A stretch of DNA of 64,000 nucleotides, from contig MU004183.1 of assembly GCA_010093605.1 (NCBI GenBank), positions 2,480,001-2,544,000 on the forward strand. Direction: 5' to 3'. Source of the stretch: Lophium mytilinum (taxonomy: Eukaryota). A program made the position numbers and the translations under genes. Shown here piece by piece: positions 12,280-26,535 of this stretch. Below the pieces are notes generated by a model. That model worked only from the letters and a program-made list of their open reading frames with translations, was not told the origin of the DNA and did no database searches. How positions within the stretch are numbered: position 1 is the stretch's first letter; each line of letters opens with the position of its first letter.

Positions 12280-13499
12280 TCATGAACAGAGCTCTCCGCC
12301 GAGGTCCATGCCCAATCCTGTCTCTACTTTGCCGACTCGGGTTCGTTCCACACCGACGTTCGGGCTGTTGCTTGTGGGTGGCAGGAGTGTGTCAAAGTTG
12401 AGTCGCTTCCGGGCTTCCCGTGCCATGAGGGGGGTCTTTCCAGTGGCAGGCGTTCGGGTCCATGGCTGAGCCATCTGTGCTGGACTAGGAGTCATGTTTA
12501 GGAACTCGGCAAAGTTCAGGTTGGCCGAAGGTGTGCTGAGGCCGAAACCAGAGAAAGGTGCCCCGCCTCCTCCTGGGGTGGACATCATGGACGACGGTAG
12601 CGGTGTCGACTTAGGCGGAGGCGTTGAAGGTGCGTAGGCACGGGGTTTGGACGTGCTGGGTTGGGCGGGTGAGGGCGAGGTGGCTAGATACATTAAAAGG
12701 TTGGCATCTTCTTCGCCTTTCATTTCGTTGCGGGAGGAGGCATTAAAAGCGCTATTACGCAGCCGGGCTGAGCGGGCGACCGCGGGGGGCGGCGTCCGTG
12801 GTGCTCGTGGAGGAGAGGACCGCAGGGAGCTTCGGACCTGAAACGATGTGATGGGAAGATCTTCATCGTCGTCTTCGGAGAGTAGTGAGGGGGAGTCTGG
12901 CACGGTTGAGGTCTCCGAGACGAAGGATAGGCTTGGGGCATGTTGAATCCGTCCGAAGTGTGCATGTCTACCATGGTATACCGGCGACGACTCAGGCAGT
13001 CTGTAGGCACTCTTCCACGAAGTAGCAGTTGTGCTTGACGTCCTGACCTTCACTCGGGCATGGTTGCTGGAGGCTGGGTATTTGGACAAGTGTCCGAGCT
13101 TCGGACGCTTGCTCTGGCCCGAACTGCTCCCTGAGCGGCGAACGTGATCTGAGAATATCGGGGCCGCAAGCGGGGAGGAGTCCAGGGCGCTATGGGGGTA
13201 GAATCGGTCGGATATGGTGGAGGATGCTGAGGACATGGTCTCATTGCTCGACCCTGGCCGTTTCCGCTTGAGTTCCATCTCAACTCGCGGTTCGAGTGCA
13301 TCGAGACTCAAATCCTCCCAGCCGTGCTTGATCTTCACATTGGCTAAGGCGAGGCGGTTCTGGAGGGCCCGGGTCATCTGCAGACTGAGTATCAGCACCC
13401 AATGCTTAGGAGAAGGGAGGCCGGCCGATGTACCTTTGAGACCTGGGCTCTCCGCAGAACTTTGCTGGCAACCTCAGCGGGCTGGTCGGTGGAAGCCAT
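12280..13499 (-). CDS. Whi5/Nrm1-type G1/S transcription cofactor (GTB motif protein)
   Basis: Exon 1 13499..13434 (MASTDQPAEVASKVLRRAQVSK), intron 13433..13378, then LQNRLALANVKIKHGWEDLSLDALE, a Whi5-like motif. Also EDANLLMYLATSPSP and many S/T-P CDK-type sites. Confidence 0.75.
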
Positions 13500-14913
13500 G
13501 CTTGCTGCAGTCACAGAAGAGAAGGGCTGGCTCGGATGCAGAGGCAGAGGTTGCTCGCAAGCGTTTCAGGAGGGTCGGGATGCAAGCTGAGGGCGGAGGC
13601 ATGCGAGGGAGAGCAGCGTTCGGGCACGGCCTCGGTGAAGAACTGGTGTATCCTGCCGTGGCTGCGGGTAGGGCCCAGGGCTGGTTTAGCCCGGCGAGGC
13701 TAGGCTGGGTGAATTGCCGGAGCGGAGACTGAAGTGCTTTGGAGTCAGCGGAGGCGTTGGCTGCAATCTCTCGCGGGCGCCTGGTGGAAGAAGCTTCCAA
13801 GATTGAGGATTTGCGATTGGGCCGTCTCCAAAGCGACGCCGGGAGCAGGCATTTCGAGAACGATACGCCGCTAGCCCGCTGCAGCCTGACGGTACGACGG
13901 CGGTATTCAACGCCTGGGCGTGCATAACTTGTGCAGGCTTGCAGTTTAGCCGACTATTGCTTCACGGTGACAGCTCCAGGTGATGTTGACACGGCTAGAT
14001 ATGATAGTAGTACTGTATAGACGATCTCGACTGCAAGGTAGTAGGATGCTAGAAATAAGCATGTACCCCCGATCGCAGCTGCTTTTCATAGATATAGGGG
14101 TCACAAATTGGACCCCTTCGAACCCTGAATGCTCTCCCTTCCAAGGTTCTGCTATCGTGGCATTCGCTGCATTCCGTGGGCCGGCTATCTTGCCCACCGC
14201 TACCATTTCTCGGCTAGGGGCTTCGTGGGCCTCCTGTCAATCGGTGCAGGGAGCCCTGGCGCCTTAGAGCCTCCAGCCTGGCCCACCGCAACTGGAGAGA
14301 CGAGTGCGGCCTCTTGCGTCATCACCCTGAAGCTGAGACTCTTCCAATCTCCCTCTGCCCACCCAGTTGCCCACGTGAAGGTCTGCCGGGCGAGGCTGCT
14401 TGGAGGCTATTCGCGGCGCTGCTCGCATTGTCCTTCTCGCAGACGCCCAGGGTCCATTCCTGGTGGTGACCGCACAACCGTTGCCGTTGGCCGTAGCACA
14501 GCAATGATAAGCGTGGCAAACGCGCGCCCTGCCCACTTGCTCCAACAGCTTCGACGAGTGCACGCACACGCAGAGATAAACCTGCCTGCCGCTAGATACG
14601 TTAATCTAGCGCCCGAACTGCTGCCGCTCCGGGCGATCCTCCACCCTCACTCACTACCTCCACGTTGGGGCCCGTCAGCGTTCTTCGTCCCTTTTTGCCT
14701 CTGCTTTTTTGGAGCTGTCTTGTGTCTCCTCCTCCGCTCGCTGCTGTCCGACCATTGTTTTCCCTGCATTGCACATACCGCAACCCTCCTGCTGTGTCCA
14801 AGCCCTGCTCCCCGCCAGCCGTCATTCGCTTTCCCCAGATCTCCATCGCATGATATCGCCCGTCGCTACCCTCTACCCACCTACTGCCAGACAGTCTTAA
14901 GTCCGCCCTCGTT

Positions 14914-17414
14914 ATGCCCTTCCTCAAGAGCCTGCGCAGAAGGTCCAAATCAAGCTTTCGTAAAGACGGTCCCTCCAGCAAGTCCGACCCGAATATCACT
15001 ACCAACGGTACCACCAACGGCAATGGCAGCATCATGCGAAACAAGTCATCGTCGACTCTCAACTCGACCCCCGGCACCTTTGGCTCGACAACGCCCCCAA
15101 GTACCCTTCCGTCAGAAGAATCCAACGGCGTGAATGGCGGAAGCCCTCCGCCGATTCCCCAGCGCCCACCAATAAGCACAAAGCGATACAGTCTCAACGT
15201 GCGTACTCCACCTTGCGCCTGACACTAGCACCCTATTGACTATAACTCTGCTATAGGGAATGAACTCCTTCGGTTCCAATGCCTCCCAGAGGTCTCTAAA
15301 CACCTCGTCGCTTCTCGCGCCAAGAGTTCAATCAATAACAGATAATACTTGGGTATGGACCTGACCCATGACTCAAGTTGGATACGCTAACAGCGCCCAG
15401 ACACACCAGAAGGTCCTGTTGATCTCAGGGACAATTGGCGACCCGTCACTGAAGCCGCTGGACGGCACTCTGACCTGTTGTCATCACCAAGATAGCTTCC
15501 CCCAAACCAACTGGCCTGTCCACGACTCGCACTTCAAAGCGCTAGTCCACCTACAACCTGGGCCAAATCGTCTTCGGCTCGACTTCACGTCGCCAAAGGT
15601 ATCCTCCAGCACCACCTCAATCCCGGCGCATTCCTCCTTCATCCAGATTAATTACCTCCCTCTAAACTCGTCTCCACCACTGCACTTAGCCATAATTCTT
15701 GGGAAAGACTCCCCCGGAACGTATGATGCGGTACCCGAGCGGTTGCAAAGAGAAGGGAATGGACTGGATATGGCGACTAGGAAGTTTCGCATGGCAGCAT
15801 ACCTGTGGCAGGCCTTCACTGGCGAGCAAATGTATCGCAATGGTCTAGGTCGTCGGTGCTTCCGGTTTGAAGAACAGTGGCAGCCCGGCACCCTTACGTA
15901 CGAAGACCAAAACACGGGCACGATGCGAAATGAGGCCAAAATCCATATAATCAGATCTAAAAAGACCATGGCCGAGATTAGAGATCTGGATCTTGCTCAA
16001 CAGTACGACAAGGCTACCAAGAAAGGCGATCTCTTTGGAATTGCTGGCGAGGCGGTGAAGGAATACTTCCAGCTCAAACCTGGGCAGAAGCATTATGTGT
16101 CGTGCTTGTTTTTGGACACTCATTGGGACCCAAAAGTAAAAACTGTTCGGGGACATGCTGCGCTTGGCGGCGGTGATGGCGACCTGCAGCTTGCTATTTT
16201 CGGGTCACATGCACTACAAAGTTATCCAGCAAGTCTCGAAGAAGTTGTGCCCGCATTTTCGGATTGCACGAGGACTGATACTACGTACGTCGCGAACGAC
16301 TGCAACGAGTCCGGGAGCAACTGGGAGGCCGCCAACATTGGCATTGGCGCCCATATGCATGAAACGGGGCATCTGTTCGGGTGTCCGCATCAAGAGAGCG
16401 GTGTCATGTTACGCGACTACGTCCGCCTCAACCGAACGTTTACATGTAGGGAACCTTACTCTACGCGCACGAAGTCTCCAGGACAGCGTCTAGTCTCTCA
16501 ACAGGACGAATGCACATGGCACAGACTAGATTGTCTACGATTTCGTTTTCACCCATGTTTCCGGCTTCCGTCTGACGTGACGCCGAGCTCGGATGGAAGC
16601 GTCCAGGTCTGGACAGTTGATAATGGTGGAGTGCTAGTCACGGCGCCAACTGGTGTGGCATGGATTGAGCTATACACAGAAGGAGATGATCTTTGCCGGA
16701 CTCACATCGAGTACCTCGACCCGACTGGTGCTAAACCGCCTCCTGGCTACGTTTCGCTCACAGAGTCTGACCTACGAGACCGATTACCCAAGGACAAACG
16801 CAACAAGAAGCTGAAGCTGGAAATCTTCTCAGCCGGCGGAGGAAAGCATGTCGTAGAGGATTTCAGCCAACTTGCCAACACCAAGAAATGCCGTGTTCGC
16901 CTGCCGGATGGCCGATGGGGTTTCCGCGGCAGCAAGCTGGGGTTCTCCCAGATGGAAGGGTCTCAACCGCAGGAGATCATAATCGACAGCTGCCACATTC
17001 AAACCAAACTTCTCAAATCCATCAGGGTGTACCATGGATTTGCTGTGGATGGCATTGAGTTCTTTTACGAAGACTCGGAAAGCCAGCTGTTCGGGAAGAG
17101 AGGAGGAAAGGCTGGCGGGTCGGACTTTACCCTGGACACCCGAAGAGGCGAGCTCCTGATGGGCTTTTACCTTCGAGCTGGCTTGTGGATTGATGGATTA
17201 CAGATCCTGACTAGTCTAGGGCGGAAGAGCGAAATCTTTGGGAACCCTACCGGCGGCAGCGGGTAAGACCAGATCCGTCACTTTTCGCTCATTTTACATC
17301 GCTAACTTTGTCTATAGACATACCCTAATACCGCCGCGCGGGTACACCATAGCCGGCCTCTCTGGCTCCTGCGCAGGGTGGCTCGACGGCTTTTCCCTAA
17401 TCATCACCCGCTGA
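14914..17414 (+). CDS. Putative zinc metalloprotease with C-terminal jacalin-like lectin domain (YIL108W-like)
   Basis: HMHETGHLFGCPH zincin motif; C-terminal jacalin-type repeats (DGIEFFY, GGKAGG, IDGLQILTSLGRKS). Introns about 15200..15256, 15353..15399 and 17263..17317; ends WLDGFSLIITR*. Confidence 0.85.
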
Positions 17415-18250
17415 AATCATGAACACGGTTCGTTGGCGCGATGATCGTCGCTTCTGCACCGCAAGCTACCTCCTACCACCGTTCTTGGTCACGCCGGTTC
17501 CACTTTTTGCAGCGTTATGGCGAACTCGGCATCTTATCTGTACTGTACATACACCTTTTGGGCCAGGATGGTCTCCCTGCGTTGGAAGCATTTGCATTTT
17601 GCATTAACAAAACACCTTGCCATTCTCGGCTTTAGCTCTACGACAAACAGTGCGACTGCGTGACCAGGATGTCTCGCATGGCGGCGTTGGAGAATGGAGA
17701 ATCAGATGGAGGAATTAGATTTCTGTTAGCTGGATCGGTGGGTTCGTCCTACTAATATTGGTAATGAAGAATTTGAATAGGGGGTTCATCGGGGCTGGGG
17801 CGGCGGAATACTGGACTCTGCGAGGCAACACAGGGAGATGAATAAGATTGGAATAATAATCATGATATCAAGTCTTGGAGTGTATGCATGAACGTGATGT
17901 TTCGGAAGAGCTTGCTTCTTTATCACATGAATTTGTTTCATTGAAACAAAACTAGGGAACATGTTCCTTGCTCTAAGTAACCTTGGAACCAGCTGGAGCC
18001 ACCCAAGGTTATGTTGAGAAATAATGCGCCACTGATGGACCCGTGCGGATCTCTTGGCAGACGTGGCTGTGCTCCCAATGTTCTTGACCCGCCTGCGTGG
18101 ACGTCATTCACGAACTTCCAAGGTTGAAAAACAAAGGCTCCGTCACCTCCAACCCTTTGCCCTATTTCAACCAGCCCCATATCCACCTTCATAAACAAAC
18201 ATCGCCTACTCACCTACACCATACACAGTCGCTCGAGCAAGATCATCACC

Positions 18251-19222
18251 ATGTCTCGACGAAACGGTGGCCCCAACGGCGCTGACAAGGACATCGCGGC
18301 ACCAGTCAAAGACTTGACCAAACCTGATCCGAGTAGGCAACCCGAGAACTAGACCACCTCCGCAAAGTTAACAGCCAGCAGCTCAGGACAAGCAAGCAAG
18401 ACTGCTGAACTCTGATTCTGGTCACTTCTCGCTGATCCGGTACGACGCTTCCTCACAAAGCCTACCTACTGCGCAGCGCTCTAACATTCGAATAGAGCCC
18501 TACATCTTGCCGACTTCATCACCGCCCTCAATGGTATGTTTTTACAATTTTCCGATACCCGAGCGCAATTACTGAGACTGCAACACAGGCTTCTGCGGAG
18601 TCATGTCCGTGTTCTCGTCCATGCGGTACTGTCTCGGCGATCCACATTCATATACCAACATCTATGCGGCTCTGGGATTTGTTCCTCTCGGTCTATTCTT
18701 CGACTTCATGGACGGCAAGGTAGCAAGGTGGAGGCAGAAGTCGTCCCTCATGGGCCAGGAGCTGGACTCGCTAGCCGACCTGGTAAGCAGCCTCGACTCG
18801 CGGCGGTGAAGTCAATATCACAGCTAGAATCTAAACTAACACTGCTAATATAGGTCTCCTTTGGTGTTGGGCCGGCTGCTGCAGCCTTTGCCCTGGGAAT
18901 CCGCACTCCTGTTGACCATGTCCTCCTGACCGTCTTCGTCCTATGCGGCCTGCTCCGCCTCGCTCGCTTCAACGTGACTGTCACCGCCCTTCCCAAAGAC
19001 GCATCCGGGAAATCGAAATATTTCGAAGGCACGCCAATTCCCACCTCTCTCTCGTTGGTCAGCCTTATGACATACTGGGTATCACAAGGCTGGGTTCTGG
19101 AGAATATTCCCTTTGGAACGGCCCTTACCGGCACGGCGTTCGAGTTCCACCCAGTTGTGGGCCTTTTTCTCGTGCACGGCTGCTTGATGTTAAGCAAGTC
19201 GCTTCACATACCGAAACCGTAA
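18251..19222 (+). CDS. CHO1: CDP-diacylglycerol--serine O-phosphatidyltransferase (phosphatidylserine synthase)
   Basis: CDP-alcohol phosphotransferase motif [68 protein letters not shown]; four introns. Confidence 0.92.
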
Positions 19223-21072
19223 GTTGGAGGCTGTGACAGAGGCAGGGTGCTCTCTTCGACTTGCATCGAGCAATTAGCAGGCTGGACCATACGTTTTCGT
19301 GTCAGGGTCGGCCTTTAGAAAAGCGTATGGCATGAATTGTTTGTTTGGCTTGGGATGACTCGACTCTCGTGTCTAGTATGATTGAATGCGATGATTTCTT
19401 TGGAAGGCTCGGTCTCCGGTGTGTGGCCAATAACATGTAGTGTCTCTGGTGGGATTCAAAAGTGCACGGGGACAAAATGACCGGATATCTAAAGCCACAA
19501 GCAACACAACATCCCCTCAAATCCGGCTTCATACTACAGTAACATCTCGGTACAACTTTCATGCTATCCCTTGGCCCATCGTGGCGCATCACTCGGATTC
19601 TCTATTGCACACACTGTGTAATGGGACAGTCTGACACCGTTGAGGTGGCCTGCAATGCATCTAGTCTTGTTAAAACTGACCTGATCCGATCTCTTATAGT
19701 GCACCACAGGGCCCCAGGCGGTGCTACGCTAGTGTACGAAAAGCCTAGGAGGTATGTGTTGCTCAAGTATATTGCTACAGATCTCGTCACTCGAGACTTG
19801 CTATGGCTGTATTCTTGTCGATATCATAGAGCCACATGCGACGGGCTCTAGGGATATACCGTTCTTGCACGCTACAACGTTCACCCACTCGATACATCTC
19901 CTTTTGGCATGGGCTACCCTTACGACATACCGTCACGTTGAAAGGCTCTCTTGCCCACGAACATTATGTCGAGCGAAGATATTACAAATATCAGTGCTGG
20001 AAACCGCGATTTTAGGGGTGATCTTGGGGGCCCGGGCCCTTCACCCTTGATTCTTCAAAAGCTCTCATCAACATTTTCGGAAATATATTACCGCTATCCG
20101 AAGTATTGCAAAAGGTATACTAAATGGCAAGGTATGGGTTCTATGGCATTTAGGCTGCTCAGGTCTTCCAGTTTACGACACGTGACGTTTCGTTACAACG
20201 TTACGAGACGGTACCTTAACGTTCATACTCCCTAGCCCTGAGCTAAACGGTATACCGAGGTTTTACTGTTCATCAGTACTATAATCTGTACCGTGCTACA
20301 GTCTAGAGTGTATCAATTTCTTCTTGCAAAGTTGCCGATGTAAGTTGAGGTCTTGACTCATAGCTCATCTTGCCGGGGCATCACGGAGAGCATCACTAGA
20401 GAAGAGAATCATACCGACAGCGTTTCAAGTTGCTCGTTTCCCCGCATCAAGATTCCCCGGCACCCGGTCACTCCCTTCCAGAATTCTAACATTAACTTAG
20501 CGGCCTCTCTAGCGCGCGGATATCGGAGCTTTTCCATTCCTTAGGGCTTTCGGTTGGACCCTGGTATTCTAGCACCGCTACCCTTAAAGAATTCGTGACA
20601 GATAACGGCTTACTTCAGTAGCCTCTAAAACATGAAGAGGCGGGGTGAACATAACATGAACACGAAAGCCTGCATAAATTTACATCGAACAAGGCAGTTG
20701 CGTGGGCCACTTCTCACTTTCTGAGTTCTGGCCTTTAACCTTGCACCCACACCTTCTCTTCATACGTCAAATCCTTATCCAACCTTGCAAGCTTGTCAAG
20801 GCTCCGAGTTTCCGGTGAGAAGAGGCCGTAGTGCCTCACCTGGGATTGGCTGTTGGCCGCCCCACCTGAAGTCGCGATTGCACTCCCCTACCACAACGAC
20901 CGCTCGACTCTCACTGTGGCCACGAAAAAAATAGATGTGAGGGCTTGTATCAAGTTGTCGGATGACTCAAATCTGGCTCTGATCTGCTGACACTATTCAG
21001 ACTACATCTGAGGCTCAGCCTTGCCCAAACAACCACCCTGGGCACCGCTAGCCACTTTGATCAGCGTCCAAG

Positions 21073-24000
21073 ATGGACATCTTCATTCGAAACGTTCCGA
21101 TTCTATCCACTACGGATCAACTCAAGGATTTCTTGAGGGCTAGCCTACTCCAGCTCGGCGTCCTCGGTTATGAGGTCAAGAAGATCAGGGACAAAAATTT
21201 CGCCATCCTGTCCCTTCCCGATCCAGACAAGGCAAACCAGTTTCTTCTTCAATATGGATCGGGAAATCAATCCGCTCCAGCACGGCCTCTATACTTTCTC
21301 GGTTATACCCTCAATTGCATAGCCAGTAAGAACCGGCCCGATGAGCATCTCATGAAAAGCTTGCAGCTGGCCGACAAAAGGACCCGCGAGAAGCAAGGCC
21401 GACCTTCAAACAGTACAGCTCCGAATTCCAAAGGTGCCCTTCGAACCATCTTTACATTCCGGACGTTGCACTGCGGAGCTTGGTCTTACCAGAAATCCCT
21501 GCTTACCTTCGATCGATACTATGAGGACCAGAGAGCCGGGAAAATTGCTTTTGGCACGTCGTCCCTTGTAGTTCTTCTCCCTCGCAACTCAGACCTCCCC
21601 CCTTGCCGGCTTGATGTTTCTTACTACAGTATCGAGCATGTTCTTACCGGAAATTCCGCGGCCCCAACGATATCTCTTACGCTCAGGTGGCCTCCGAAGA
21701 TCTACGAGGACGCACTTGCAGGCGACATCTTTAAGTCGAATGGGGCTGGCCTTGAGGATCTTTCGGCCAAGCTGATGAGATTTTCAATCAGTCCTGCCGG
21801 ACTGACTGCGACCGTGCCGCCGTTCGTTCTCCCTAAACAAGATAGGTCTCCGAAAAAGAGGTTTCGGCTTTCAGCGATTGCAAAAGGGCACGAGGGTACT
21901 GTTGGATCTTGCTTTGTTTATCAGGTTACCTTACTTGATCACCGATTGATGGAGGAAGTTGTTCGGACAATCAAAAGGCGAGCAGGCATACCTAGCCATA
22001 GGACCTCTAAAACCTATGTGCGAAGGCCTCCGACCACCTTCGTACAAGACTACTCTCGACTATCGCAGGTCTTAGCCGACTATACGAGGTATACACCCTT
22101 GACCTTCCCAGTCCGGTTCCAGCTTGAGCGTCTCGCGCTTAATGGGATTCTATCGCCTTCGACTATCCACGGCCTCATACCGGGCTTAATCAGCCTCGTT
22201 AAAATTCACAAAGCGAATCAAGTCGCCACTGCTTTAGGAAGACTTACACCTGATGTTGAGTTTCCAGGTCCGGATGCAGACCCAAGGGATTTCAGGGTAG
22301 ATGAACTGTTGGAGCGCCTCAACCATCATACCAAAGCTGCCTACAAAGAGCAAGACGAATCAGTCTACAAGCGCGTAGAGAAGCTTGAGCATCTGGCCCT
22401 CGTCCACAAAGTCTTAGTCACTCCATGTGGCTTGCTACTCACTGGCCCCGACCCCGAGGTGACGAATAGAGTTTTGCGCAAGTATGCAAAGTATCACGAT
22501 TATTTCCTTCGGGTGACCTTTGGCGATGAAGATGCCACGCCTATTCACTTCGACGCTCGTGCAAACCAGGAGAGAATTTACCACGGCCGCTTCAAGCAAA
22601 TCCTTGACAAAGGCATCAATATCGCTGGTCGAACATTTACGTTCCTCGGGTTCTCGCATTCGTCTCTAAGGAGCCAGTCCTGCTGGTTCATGGCGCCGTT
22701 CACGCTCGACGGTGGATTGGTGTTTTCTAAAGATGTGATCAAAGGCCTCGGAAACTTCACAACCTTTCGCTCTCCTGCGAAATGTGCTGCGCGGATTGGT
22801 CAAGCCTTCTCTGACACTTTGACTTCCGTTACTCTTCCAGATGGAGCGTGGTATGAAGATGCGGATGTGGAGAGAAACGGCCGCGTTTTTAGTGATGGTA
22901 TGTTATCTCCTTTTGCACGCCAAATTGCTCCACCGCTTCCCAAACTTCTTCAACATATGACAAGAGTGTGCAAAGTACTGACTAGAATATTTAGGCTGTG
23001 GGACCATCTCTAAGAAGCTTTTGAAGCGGGTGTGGCTCAAATATGCTGTCGGGAAATCTTTGAAGCCAACAATAATTCAAATTCGAATGGCCGGTGTAAA
23101 GGGAGTAGTCTCCCTAGACTCTCGACTCGATGGCGATGAGATTTGCACGCGGCCATCAATGGAGAAGTTCCATGAGGCAACCTCTCATGACATTGAACTT
23201 TGTGGCGGATCATTTTCGCCCTTACCGTTACACCTCAACCGCCAGTTTATCAAGATTCTGGAAGACCTTCAAGTGCCAGCCGAAGCTTTCTTGGAGCTTC
23301 AGGAGCAAGTGGTTCGCCAACTTCGGCAAGTCACACTCCATACCTTGAACGCATCTATCTTCCTCGAGTGGGCCCACATAGGACAAGCGGCGAAGACAGC
23401 GAGCTTGCTTAAAAGGATGCATACCCTTGGACTAGAATTCCAGCAGGATAAGTTTCTTACCGACACCATCGAAATTGCAGTGCTCTCCAGACTTCGCGAA
23501 ATTAAGCATCGTGCTCGAATTCCGGTCGAGAAAGGACATACGCTCTACGGAATCATGGACGAGACTGGATATCTGAAAGAGGGCCAGGTTTATGTTGCAA
23601 CGGAAAAGATGAAAGACGGGAAGCCGCAGCGTTCTGCAGTGATAGAAAAGCAGGTGGTGATCACTCGAGCACCGGCGCTCCACCCAGGCGACATGCAGTT
23701 GGTCGAAGCTATTGACGTACCGTCGAACTCGCCGTTGAAGAACCTTTACAATTGCGTCGTGTTCAGCCAGTGGGGAGAGCGAGATCTACCAAGTCAGCTT
23801 AGTGGCGGAGATCTTGACGGAGATCTCTTTCAAGTCATCTACGAGCCTCGACTCATACCAAAGGTTACCGCGGAGCCGGCTGACTACCCTCGCCAAGAGC
23901 CGGTAGACATTGGACGTAAGGTTGAGGCGAAAGACATGACCGATTTCTTTATCAAATTTATGGAAACGGACCAACTGGGGCGCATTTCCACCCTTCACCA

Positions 24001-25043
24001 AATATTGGCCGACAAGCATACCACCAATGGCAGGCCTGGAACGTTCCACCCAGAGTGCATAAATCTTGCAGAAATGGCCTCCACTGCTGTTGACTTCTCA
24101 AAGACTGGCATTCCGGTAAGCGACTCAAATTCTCCTACAGCAGAACCTAATTTTAGCAAACCACTAACTAAACATCTTTCTAGGTGGACCTCTCCAAACT
24201 CCCCCGAGGCGACAACGGCATCCGCCCGGACTTCATGGCCACCGGCCCCCGCGTCTTCGTCGAATCTAAAGGCGCCGTCCTCGAAGACGCTGACGAAGAC
24301 GACGAAGAAATCGACCCCGTGCGCGCGCTCGACCCAGACCAGCGCAAGTTCCGCTACTACGAGAGCGACAACGTGCTCGGCCGGCTGTACCGCGCCATCG
24401 ACGAAGCGAAGTTCTTCGAGCAGATGCAGAAGGACTCGCGGACGATGAAGGCCAAAGACCCGAAGAACAGCTTAATGGAGAAGCTGCTGCAGCACGTCAA
24501 GCGCGAGGCGGCGGGGCTGCAGTATGCGCAGTATGCGGAGTTGGCGAGGACGTTGAGAGAGCAGTGAGTTCTTCCCTTCTTTACCAGCAACTACGAAAAT
24601 GCGGGGAGGAGGGATCTAATGTAAGCAGGTACGAATCCAACATCGTCAGTATAATGGCGCAGTACTCAACGCATCCCGCGCATCCCTTGAACGAACTTGA
24701 GGTCTTTTCCGGCTCTATCCTGGGCAAGTCCCTCGGCGCGCAGAACAAGCAGACTCGCGAGCATGCGAAGAATATGGTCGAGCGGTTTAACCACGATGTC
24801 GCGGCGGCCATCAAGGTGATTTTGCAAGGAGACGAGGACGATGAAGAGGATGATGATGTGAAGAGGGAGGAGGCGCTCCCGCGGGCACTGGCGTGCTTGG
24901 AAAACTCGCTGAGGGAGCCGGAGAGTCGGCCACGGAGGGGGCTCGTGAGTTGGCGGTACGTGATGGCAGCCGTTTGTCTGGAGGAGTTAGAGAGGACGAG
25001 GCTGAGGGGCGGTTGGAGGGGCCCGGGGAAGCTTTATGCGTGA
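21073..25043 (+). CDS. RNA-dependent RNA polymerase of the RNA-silencing pathway (QDE-1/SAD-1/RRP-3 family)
   Basis: N-terminal RRM-like segment; NRVLRKY..FLRVTFGDED, FLGFSHSSLR, KCAARIGQAFS, FSDGCGTIS, QIRMAGVKG, catalytic LSGGDLDGD, AVDFSKTG. Introns 22898..22994, 24116..24183, 24564..24628. Confidence 0.95.
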
Positions 25044-26535
25044 GCGTGGGAGGGGCCGAGCCTAGGGTGAGAGGCTGATTTGGTGAAAAAGAAAGGCAGT
25101 GAGGGCTCGGATGGTTATATCCGTGCCAGGTATTTACCAAGAATGGGGTGGGATGGTTCTCAACCCGGACCATTTCTGGAGGTGGGAACAATTCTTGAGG
25201 TGGTCTTTCTGATCGGCGTTGGGCGCTATGTTAGGGATGCTATGGGAGATACCCCAATGGTTTTTAGGTATGGCGATGCCCATACTTCGAGATAAAAAAT
25301 GACACTTGATTCTGAGCTAGATGCTTTGATATTATCTGAAGTGCTTTGAAACATTCCGGGAAACTAGGAATGGAAGTGCTTGCGCGAGACGAGGAAAACG
25401 GACGGTTTGAGTTGGACTTGCGAGTACAAAGGCATGGGCATGAGGGGCATGTAAAAAGTGGCACACCCAGCACCCAACCTACCTTTCCTTTGATGCTCTT
25501 GTCTGCCGCCGTTTGTGGTGCTTCAATGCATTATTTCCACTATAAACAATTTATAAGCTCTTAATTTTAGGCTATGTGAAAACTTTGCTGAGGGACTCCA
25601 TACAGTGGCAGACAGGTGCACCAACTTACTTAGTGAGAGAGCGTGGGACAGGAACTAAATTAGCTCTATAAGGTATACCATTCATTCTGTGTTTATATAT
25701 TCTACACTTGTATAGCACTGTCTGAGGTCCTCTAGTGTCCTATTGCTATTTGTGAAATAGTAGCTTTGGCAAGCCTGATGGCTCTCCGGGCCACCTCGGA
25801 CGGTGTTGAACTGCTGCAGGAGTGCGCCACTTTTTGCTGGCATTTAAGCGGTGCTATATAAGGACCGACCAAGACTAGTCGCACAGCTAAGCCCAGTGAA
25901 GAAATATCCTGCGCGCCCAATTAAATTAATGATTTTCATTCTGAACGCTGAATTCCAGTAGGCCACTCAATCGACCGTTTCCTGGCTTTTACTACAAATG
26001 AAAGGGATGTATCAAGAAGGCGGACTAGGCCTGTGAAATGGCCGACCTGGAAATCCAAATGCTTGACATCAGGAAGAGAATAGCAGACACAGGAGAGGAT
26101 GCTCTATAGGCTTGGCGTCATGCAGAGCCAGGGTTTGTGTTGGTGGTATATGACCGTCCAATCCTAGCGCCTAGCCGCAAAATGCACCAGCAGCCTTTCT
26201 CGACAAAGCCCGTAAGCCCCTCCAAGCCTCCATGACCACGACATTCGACACGACGCCAGGTAAGCAACGACTCGCGGTCTCTGGAAGGCTGCCTACAACC
26301 TGGTGATCGCCGTTGAAAGTGTCAGGCTCTAGTGTATCAAAAAGCACAATCGCCATCGACTCCTTCCCGTCTATTCTTGAACTTTCGCCATTCCTTGTCA
26401 GAGCCAGTTGGCCTCTTGTATAACTATACTGTAGGGCCCCCCATACGGCCGTATCAACGCACATTTTCCCTACGCCTTTTCCACGTGGAGTACCCCTCCA
26501 CTGGATAGAGAATCACCGCCACATACGCATTCACT

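Noticed and set aside
14129..15133. 334-aa ORF overlapping the metalloprotease 5' region
   Set aside because: No domain or coding-like composition; it overlaps the real gene in another frame and spans a CT-rich leader.
25560..25930. Mildly AT/TpA-rich patch as a second transposon relic
   Set aside because: No recoverable transposase motif or terminal repeats; too weak to call.
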